From positions 21,851 through 85,850 of the IMG/VR virus record IMGVR_UViG_3300033146_004974: a stretch of 64,000 bases of DNA; one strand, given 5' to 3'. Below are positions 57,170 to 64,000 of the stretch, piece after piece. This stretch comes from a virus. The first letter of the stretch is position 1. Each line of letters opens with the position of its first letter. The translations under genes were made by a program, and so were the position numbers. A model generated the notes under the pieces. The model worked only from the letters and a program-made list of their open reading frames with translations. It searched no databases and had not been told where the DNA came from.

Positions 57170-57364
57170 ATGGAATATCGTAATAAATTAAAAAACTCGA
57201 TATGGAAGTGGTCATGGGAAATATTTGTAACAGGTTCTATTTCCCGCAATTCCGAACATAAAACTATTGTTCAAAGATATTCAATTGATTTATTGCCTAA
57301 AACTTCTGAAGACGAAATGTATTTACCATTTGTTGTCCTACGTTTTTCAGGCAAGTGGCAATAA
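57170..57364 (+). CDS. MKFR...WQ family small protein
   Basis: MEYRN...IDLL...FSGKWQ. Confidence 0.75.
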   Translation: MEYRNKLKNSIWKWSWEIFVTGSISRNSEHKTIVQRYSIDLLPKTSEDEMYLPFVVLRFSGKWQ

Positions 57365-57418
57365 GATACAAAATGGATGGGGGGATATTCATTCCTTCGG
57401 TCTTTTAAAGAGGCATTG

Positions 57419-57616
57419 ATGCGTTTCACAAAAGAAATGGGAATAAATTACGAACACGCCAACATTCTTTTCGAGCACTGGGTGATGACATTTAAATTGA
57501 AGTTCCACAATCCAACTTTGCTTGAAACAATTGATTATCAATCAATAATTTACGATAAGGCAGATTATTTGAAAAGTTTATCATTGTTCGAGTCTTTTTC
57601 AATAAATTGGCAATGA
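57419..57616 (+). CDS. MKFR...WQ family small protein
   Basis: MRFTK...IDYQ...FSINWQ. Confidence 0.75.
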   Translation: MRFTKEMGINYEHANILFEHWVMTFKLKFHNPTLLETIDYQSIIYDKADYLKSLSLFESFSINWQ

Positions 57617-57638
57617 ATCCAACAATTTTGCTTCATTC

Positions 57639-57756
57639 TTTTGAGCCAGGCTTTTGCCTGGCTTCAAAACGTTTGGGCCAAATGTTCGCCATCATCATCA
57701 TTGCATCATCTTTGCGAACAATTGCCAACTTTTTTGCACGGATTACCGTGCAAAAG
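57639..57756. terminator. two hairpins between convergent transcription units
   Basis: TTTTGAGCCAGGC-TTTT-GCCTGGCTTCAAAA and TTTTGCACGG-ATTA-CCGTGCAAAA. Confidence 0.7.
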
Positions 57757-60385
57757 AATGAAGAATTCTGATTCTGATTCGGCTTTCATTCAACATTCCA
57801 TTTTGTTTCAGAAACTTTCTCGCTTGTCCTTGGGATTGCCAATCAAGTTCTCCATTTTTGAGAAGCAGTGCGACAATTTCTGGATTTCCTTTTTTCAATG
57901 CTTTCCGCATTGTTCTTTCCTTGGGCCTGAGCCAACCTTTTTGTGCAAGAAATTGAAGAATTTCTATATCATCGATATAAAGATTTGTTAAATAATCAAA
58001 TGAAATATTTTTTTGTCGATAATATTTTTCAAGTTTTTCTGCCAGATCAAAAAGGTGGTTTTCCAATAGTTTTTGTAGAATAATATCGACAAAATGATAA
58101 CTAATTTTTGTTATCTTTTTATAACCACCTTTTTGGAAGAAATCGAGTGCGGTCTGATTTTTGTAAGTAAGTGCCCAATAAAGCAAATGATCCATTTCAT
58201 TTTCTGGGAGATATTTGAAAGCAAGAGGGATTTTCTTGCTGTTCTGCAACATCAACAATCTCAAATAATGTTCCCAACCTTCGTGCTGATCAAAATTTTT
58301 CAGGACTTTGATAAATGGAAAATCATCTGCCTCGTCATCAAGAATTGCTCTTATGACTCTTGAATCGCCAGCTCTTTCAGTATTGAACAAAAATTCAAAA
58401 GCTTCTTTATCTCCATAATTAATTGCTGTTATGAGGAAAATCAACGCATCATTTTCAAATTTTGGGGATTTGTTCGAGAAGTATGCCAACAATTTATTGA
58501 TTGGGTAAGAATGTTGAAACATGATTGCTGATAGAATGGCATTTTTATTGTAAGATGTTTTTTCATCTTTGAATAAGAAATTGATGACTTCCTCATTGTC
58601 ATATTCCACAGCATTTTTCAATACTATTCCTCTAGGATCTTTGCTTAGATTATTGGACAAAAGATGATTGATAACTTCCTCATTTTCTTCTTCCACAGCA
58701 ATTGCCAAAATTTTTCCTTCAGGATCTTTGCTCAGATTATTGGACAAAAGATGATTGATAACTTTTTCATTTTCATATTCCATGGCATTTTCCAAAGCTC
58801 TTCCTTCAGGATCTTTGCTCAGATTATTGGATAGAAGATGATTAATAACTTTTTCATTTTCTTCTATCACGGCATTTTTTAAGGCTCTTCCTTCGGGATC
58901 TTTGCTCAGATTATTGGACAAAAGATGATTGATAACTTTTTCATTTTCATATTTTACAGCAAGTCTCAAAGCTGTTCCTCCAGGATCTTTGCTTAGATTA
59001 TTGGATAGGAGATGATTGATAACTTTTTCATTTTTATATCCCACAGCATTTGCCAATTGCAATCCGAACTCATCAGAGAGAGTTGGTTGTTGTAAAAGAA
59101 AATCAACACCTTCATGATATTTTTTTCGCATAGCATATGTTAGACTCTCCGAATCTTCAATGTTAGCACCATGATTCAAAAGAAGATCTGCAATCTTCAA
59201 TTGTCTGCTTTCGATTGCTGCTCCCAATGGTTGATTGCTGTTGAAATTGATATCAGCACCGTCTTCAACAAGTTCTTTCACTTTTTCAAAATTGAGTTCT
59301 TTGATTGCGTCAATGAGCAATTCGCCACGTTTTTCAACTTCTTTTCGGACATCTTTTTGGTCCAAATCTGGAGTTCCGAACGTGAAACGATTTTCAATCC
59401 CTCCAAAATCGTTTTCGATTCCAACATTTTGAACAAGATCGTGCAATGAAAGGTCTTCATAAGCTCCACCAACAAGTTTGATCTCATTTTTGTCAGCAGT
59501 TTTCAACCATTCAAGTCCCTCTTGTTGATTGGTTATTAGAAACTTTGTCAATTCTCTTTCTGTTAATGAGCGCAAATTATGGTCATCACTATAAAACTTT
59601 GACCATGTGTAAACATTGTGTTTAAAATCTTTTGAAGCAAGTCTTCTGACTCTTGTCATCCCCTGGGTTTTGATCCCGTTAAAACCACGTTTTTTGTCAT
59701 AAAGAATCTCATCATTCGCAAAAGATTCATTGTTAAAGTTTTCTTGAATCCACTGTGCATCCTCGTCTGAGATATTGTAGACCATGAATCCATTGCTTCC
59801 AACTGCTTCTGAAATTGCACAATGGAAGAAAGCTTGTCCTTCCGTGTGACAGTTTGTTACAACATGGTCTGACATTTTCATGATGTCGATCGGATGTCTG
59901 GTCATTAAAAGATATCCACTTCCATCACGGTTTGTCTTCCAAGTTTGATAAGCTTTGCTATCCATGAAACGTTTAAACCAACCATCCTTGTCCAGTTTGA
60001 ACTTTCTAAAAAACCTGTTCAAACTTATCTTTTTTATTTTTGCTTTCGCTCTCCCATTGCTTTTTCTCATTGCATATTCATTTGGTTCTTCTAGCCATTC
60101 GACAATCCCCGTTTCAAAAGTTTTGTTCTCATCAGCTCCAATTTCTTCCAATTTGTTTCTAATCCTTTTGAAAGCTTTTTTGACTTTGGGATTTAAAACA
60201 TCTCCTTCCAATTTGAAAAGTCTTCTATTGCTTGGAAGCAGTTTTGAAATGCTTTTCATTCCATATTTAAAATTGTCCGAATCTGTTACAGTCTTGAAAC
60301 TCTTATGGATGTCCAAAGCAGTTTGTGAAACTTCATTCAGCCTGCTTCGTTTTGGACGAAGCAGCTTCTTCATTTTTATTTTCAT
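57743..60385 (-). CDS. large ankyrin-repeat protein (880 aa)
   Basis: VKELVEDGADIN..PLGAAI..IADLLLNHGANI; five near-identical 29-aa repeats; the only long minus-strand gene. Confidence 0.85.
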   Translation of the reverse strand: MKIKMKKLLRPKRSRLNEVSQTALDIHKSFKTVTDSDNFKYGMKSISKLLPSNRRLFKLEGDVLNPKVKKAFKRIRNKLEEIGADENKTFETGIVEWLEEPNEYAMRKSNGRAKAKIKKISLNRFFRKFKLDKDGWFKRFMDSKAYQTWKTNRDGSGYLLMTRHPIDIMKMSDHVVTNCHTEGQAFFHCAISEAVGSNGFMVYNISDEDAQWIQENFNNESFANDEILYDKKRGFNGIKTQGMTRVRRLASKDFKHNVYTWSKFYSDDHNLRSLTERELTKFLITNQQEGLEWLKTADKNEIKLVGGAYEDLSLHDLVQNVGIENDFGGIENRFTFGTPDLDQKDVRKEVEKRGELLIDAIKELNFEKVKELVEDGADINFNSNQPLGAAIESRQLKIADLLLNHGANIEDSESLTYAMRKKYHEGVDFLLQQPTLSDEFGLQLANAVGYKNEKVINHLLSNNLSKDPGGTALRLAVKYENEKVINHLLSNNLSKDPEGRALKNAVIEENEKVINHLLSNNLSKDPEGRALENAMEYENEKVINHLLSNNLSKDPEGKILAIAVEEENEEVINHLLSNNLSKDPRGIVLKNAVEYDNEEVINFLFKDEKTSYNKNAILSAIMFQHSYPINKLLAYFSNKSPKFENDALIFLITAINYGDKEAFEFLFNTERAGDSRVIRAILDDEADDFPFIKVLKNFDQHEGWEHYLRLLMLQNSKKIPLAFKYLPENEMDHLLYWALTYKNQTALDFFQKGGYKKITKISYHFVDIILQKLLENHLFDLAEKLEKYYRQKNISFDYLTNLYIDDIEILQFLAQKGWLRPKERTMRKALKKGNPEIVALLLKNGELDWQSQGQARKFLKQNGMLNESRIRIRILHSFAR
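58580..59045 (-). repeat. 87-bp coding tandem repeat, ~5.3 copies
   Basis: NEKVINHLLSNNLSKDP.G..L..A unit; GGATCTTTGCT.AGATTATTGGA recurs on the + strand. Confidence 0.9.
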
Positions 60386-60464
60386 TCATCCAGCCTTATG
60401 TTCTTCTTGATCAATTCCCAGATACAATATATATCGTTTTAAGGACAAAAGAATCTCCACATCC

Positions 60465-60522
60465 TTTGCCAGCTTGCAGAATTGTTCGCAATTGGGCGGA
60501 ATATCTTCTGCAAGCTGGCAAA
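60465..60522. repeat. 17-bp perfect inverted repeat
   Basis: TTTGCCAGCTTGCAGAA / TTCTGCAAGCTGGCAAA, 24-nt loop. Confidence 0.9.
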
Positions 60523-60744
60523 ATCTTGGAAAACCATTTCCTTTGTTCGAGTCATAAAAATCAATTCTTTCTTAAGGAATGGTAGCCAACTCTGGGCACT
60601 ATCTTCTGCTTGTCAAAAGCAGAAAGAATGTCTCAAATTTCATTCTTGCTTGAAAAAGCAATGAATGAAAGCCGAAGAAATAAGTGGCCAATTCCTGTTT
60701 GTTTTCAATGATTTAAGAACAGATTGCGTGAGGGTTGAGAATAG

Positions 60745-60806
60745 GGTTGTGCAGAGGTTGTGCAGAGGTTGTGCAGAGGTTGTGCATAAGTTGCGCATAA
60801 GTTGTG
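60745..60806. repeat. 11-bp tandem repeat
   Basis: GGTTGTGCAGA x3 followed by degenerate copies. Confidence 0.9.
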
Positions 60807-61518
60807 AATGGGTGCAGAACAAGTTGGAAAAGGTTGGGTGATTTTTGGAATTTTCCAAAAAAAGTCAAGCACTTTCTGCCATTTTTTGCATACCAGTTCC
60901 AAAAAAAGTTGATAATTCTTCTACAATTCTTTTAAAAAGTCATAAAAAATTAAAAAGCCTGGTACTCCACTCCCCTTCGGCACCATTTTAGCACCCTACC
61001 CCTTGGGGACTTTGCACCCCACTTTTTTTCATGTTTTTTAACAAAACGTGTATTGTAACCCATTAGAATCATTGATTTTTTAGGGGGGGGTCAAGCAACA
61101 TTTGGCCAAAATGCCTAACACATTGGTTTTAAATGGTTTTTCACGTTTTTCACATTTTTTCAAAACAAGGTTTTCGACCATCTTTTGACCAATTGAAGTG
61201 TCAAAAAGGGGTTAAAACGGTGTTTTTGGGCAAAGTGAGCGAACATGTTTGGTCGCTATTGCCTAAAGACTCCAGAAGATGTGTCCAATTGTCACACCCC
61301 ATTTGAGGCAGAAATTGTCCAATTTCTTTGGAAAAAGTGGGGCATGATCTTTTTGCGAAGCATTAATTAGTCTCCTCAAAATAAAAAAGTTTTGAAATGG
61401 AATCAATGAAATCACGACATTTTTGTCATAGTTCCCCAGAATTCTGCAACTTTTTGCGCACTTTTGGGAAAGAAGTTTTAGACTTTTTAAAAAAACATTA
61501 AAAACAAAAACTTTTGCA

Positions 61519-61875
61519 CTTAAATTAATGGTTTATAGTTAACCATTTGTTTAACTGTTAACCAACCAGCTTTTTGTGAACATTTTTCACAGTTTCCAAA
61601 CTGGTTAACTATTAACTCTTAAATTAATGGTTTACAATTAACCAACCAGTTTTTTGTGAACATTTTTCACAGTTTCCAAACAGGTTAACTATTAACTCTT
61701 AAATTAATGGTTAATTATTAACCATTTGTTTAACTATTAACCATTTGTTTAACTGTTAACCAACCAGTTTTTTGTGAAAATCTTTCACAGTTTCCAAAAT
61801 GGTTAACTATTAACTCTTAAATTAATGGTTTACAATTAACCAACCAGTTTTTTGTGAACATTTTTCACAGTTTCC
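61519..61875. repeat. AT-rich complex direct repeats with 4 palindromic TGTGAA-N5-TTCACA sites (candidate origin/terminal signal)
   Basis: Sites start at 61575, 61655, 61773 and 61853; TTAAATTAATGGTT and GTTAAC motifs repeated. Confidence 0.85.
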
Positions 61876-62289
61876 CCCATTGTTTAATAACGATGAGCAT
61901 AGATGTTTCAAAACATTTAAACAAAATGTGCAACATACTGTTTTTTAAGAGTTTTTTAAAACTACTGAAAAGTTTTTCAGTTCAAAACAGTTGGGTCATA
62001 TCGTTAAACATCATCGTCAACGGGCTTGAGCAGCCTTGAAAAGAACGATGATGAAAAGTCTTTACCTTCCTTTATCTTTTTGTTCAAGGCGTTCTGAGAG
62101 CCTCACAGAAATTGCATCATTCGGTTAACGGTTAAATGGCCCACAATTGGCCCACAATCGCTCACAAACAAACGTGCACTAATATAAAGGGCCAAGTTCA
62201 AGAGCACCACAGCGCAAACCAGAGCGGTTTATGACGATTTACACTCTCTTTTTGCCCATTTTTAGCTCATTTTTGAGCAGCTTTCATCC

Positions 62290-62372
62290 CACACATTTTG
62301 TCGAACACCTTGGCACACATTTTGTCGAACACCTTGGCACACATTTTGTCGAACACCTTGGCACACATTTTG
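62290..62372. repeat. 24-bp tandem repeat x3.5
   Basis: CACACATTTTGTCGAACACCTTGG. Confidence 0.95.
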
Positions 62373-62843
62373 GCAAGGTGGACAAATATTCAGTAAAATA
62401 TGTTACGCATGTGAATCATTGTGCGCGCCATTGTAAGGTGTTGTTTTACAAGAGTTTTTCATTTTGTTACAGTTTCTCACGCAAGGTGCGCAAAGTTATT
62501 CGCAATACAGCATTGAATCTTGACGCTGGGTTGAACAAGATGATGAGACAATGCGCGAGGATTCGCCAATCAATGAGCGTAAGTCATTGATTAATAAGGC
62601 GAAAAGAGGTTTTGAAACTATTTTGGCAAAATTGCGGTGTTGGCTCGCAACTCGCATTAAGAGTACATGTCGCGACAATGAGACAAGCCAAAAAAGATTG
62701 TCGCGAAAATGGCGGAAAGGGGTTGCAAACGTGGCTCATTCCGCTATGATGAGAGACACAAGGGAAGCACGATGGTTCGCGGATGGTTCGCGAACCGGGC
62801 AAGCTTCCCAAAATTGCGCAACAATTGCGCAAAGGTTAGAAAA

Positions 62844-63404
62844 ATGTCTGACAACACCAACACAATCGTTGCTTCCGTTGCTTCCGTTGCTTCCTCTTCC
62901 GTTGCTTCCTCTTCCGTTGCTTCCTCTTCCGTTGCTTCCTCTTCCGTTGCTTCCGCGAAAGAGCGGATGGTTGCGCTCCAAGCTGCTCTCCAGCGCGCAA
63001 TGAGCGCTGGTGACTTCGGCGCAATGGCGCGCCTCACTTTGGCCAGCGCCAAGCTGGCCAAAGAGGTTGTGACCGAGGAGAACGGTGAAAAAATCACCGT
63101 CCTCAAGAGACGCGCCGCCGCTTTCCGCACGGCGTCTGCGCTTTTTGCCAGTGCATCCGCGCTTTGCCGCGCCGAGAGTGAAGGGCTTGGAGCCACCTTC
63201 CAAGGCAGAAGCGGCGCAGAGGTTCTCAATCCAGACGCGGCGGAAGCGTTCATGCAGGCCGCGCTCGATGCCCTGCTCTGCCCAGAGGTTAAGCACCTTC
63301 ACGGGGTACCAAACCCCTTTGTTGAAGTTCGGCGGGTAGCGCCCGTCGAACTTGAGGAAGAACTTGAGGAAGAAGAAGAAGAAGAGGAATTGCTTGAGGA
63401 GTGA
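62844..63404 (+). CDS. GC-rich hypothetical protein with VASSS repeats and poly-E tail
   Basis: AAAGG upstream of ATG; Ala-rich; 15-bp GTTGCTTCCTCTTCC repeats. Confidence 0.6.
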   Translation: MSDNTNTIVASVASVASSSVASSSVASSSVASSSVASAKERMVALQAALQRAMSAGDFGAMARLTLASAKLAKEVVTEENGEKITVLKRRAAAFRTASALFASASALCRAESEGLGATFQGRSGAEVLNPDAAEAFMQAALDALLCPEVKHLHGVPNPFVEVRRVAPVELEEELEEEEEEEELLEE

Positions 63405-63742
63405 GCGATTCCGCGAGCGCTCAAGCGCTCGCACCTTAACCTAAGCTTTGGAGATTTTTTTTCCAAGGTTTGGTTTAAGGTGCGCAAATTTTGTGCCAAT
63501 AGTGCTACACCGGCACTATCCCCCTCCCAGGGTAGACCTTTGCGCAAAATTTGCAATAATGCGCAACAATTGCGCGAAGGGGTTGACAACCTCTTGTGTC
63601 ACTCTTTTTTTGTCCCAAATATTTAACCAAATGGTTTTGGAATGAATGTTGCATGAGACCTTTCAAACTTTGATGCAAAAAAGCACGCATAAATTCCCAG
63701 ATTTTCCTATGCAATTTATTCACAAATGTTTTGTTACAACAT

Positions 63743-64000
63743 TCCTTTCAAACTTTGATGCAACATTCCTTTCAAACTTTGATGCAAAAAACCTTTCAAA
63801 CATTTGATGCAAAAATCCTTTCAAACATTTGATGCAAAAATCCTTTCAAACATTTGATGCAAAAATCCTTTCAAACATTTGATGCAAAAATCCTTTCAAA
63901 CATTTGATGCTAAAATCCTTTCAAACATTTGATGCTAAAATCCTTTCAAACATTTGATGCTAAAATCCTTTCAAACATTTGATGCTAAAATCCTTTCAAA
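63743..64000. repeat. 25-bp tandem repeat array running off the window end
   Basis: CATTTGATGC(A/T)AAAATCCTTTCAAA x8 from 63801, preceded by slightly shorter variants; no spacers. Confidence 0.95.

Noticed and set aside
51769-57616. Diversity-generating retroelement as the source of array variation
   Set aside because: No reverse transcriptase or TR/VR pair is visible in the window, and paralog differences include indels and non-adenine changes.
51769-57616. Classical integron cassette array
   Set aside because: Genes overlap directly, leaving no room for attC hairpins, and no tyrosine integrase is present in the window.
61575-61869. Host CRP or Rex binding sites
   Set aside because: Half-site spacing is one base longer than either consensus in all four copies.
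62551-63434. Overlapping alternative ORFs (LPLLP, RGSNG, ATEEE, RKQRK frames)
   Set aside because: They arise from the stop-free 15-bp repeat and high GC. The + frame from 62844 has the best RBS and promoter context, though the choice is not certain.
63743-64000. CRISPR array
   Set aside because: Repeats are directly contiguous with no unique spacers. The same holds for the 62290 and 61519 repeats.
1-64000. Alternative genetic code (stop codon reassignment)
   Set aside because: Core genes (dnaE, nrdJ, groEL, ligase) are full length in code 11, and TAA, TGA and TAG all end genes at sensible positions.

Overview
This window is part of a large, AT-rich dsDNA bacteriophage genome, probably a jumbo phage. 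It uses the standard code, is densely coded, and nearly all genes lie on the + strand. About 1-21 kb holds replication, nucleotide metabolism and proteostasis genes: DnaB-like helicase, tRNA(CAT), class II RNR NrdJ, ThyX, a GroES-like gene, DnaE, dUTPase, a ClpP-like protease, an amidase and GroEL. About 21-51 kb is an accessory region with two radical SAM enzymes, a MoxR/VWA pair, phosphoesterases, a deaminase, a CCA-adding enzyme, Rnl2 RNA ligase, ATP-dependent DNA ligase, ankyrin proteins, ArdC, a PD-(D/E)XK nuclease and a pentapeptide-HhH fusion. At least 8 copies of one promoter class with a fixed-spacing upstream box occur across the window. The most striking feature is a family of 28 small ORFs (about 60-77 aa) plus 2 stubs. 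They share only three anchors, M-[KR]-[FY]-[RK] ... [ILVM]-D-x ... F-x-[RK]-x-W-Q, around hypervariable interiors. 22 of them form an array at 51.8-57.6 kb, many chained by a TGGCAATGA stop/start overlap, and the array includes an 'empty' 14-aa member. After one minus-strand ankyrin gene, the last ~3.6 kb is mostly non-coding and repeat-rich (candidate origin or genome end), with one anomalously GC-rich gene. All product calls come from motif recognition by eye; no database searches were run.
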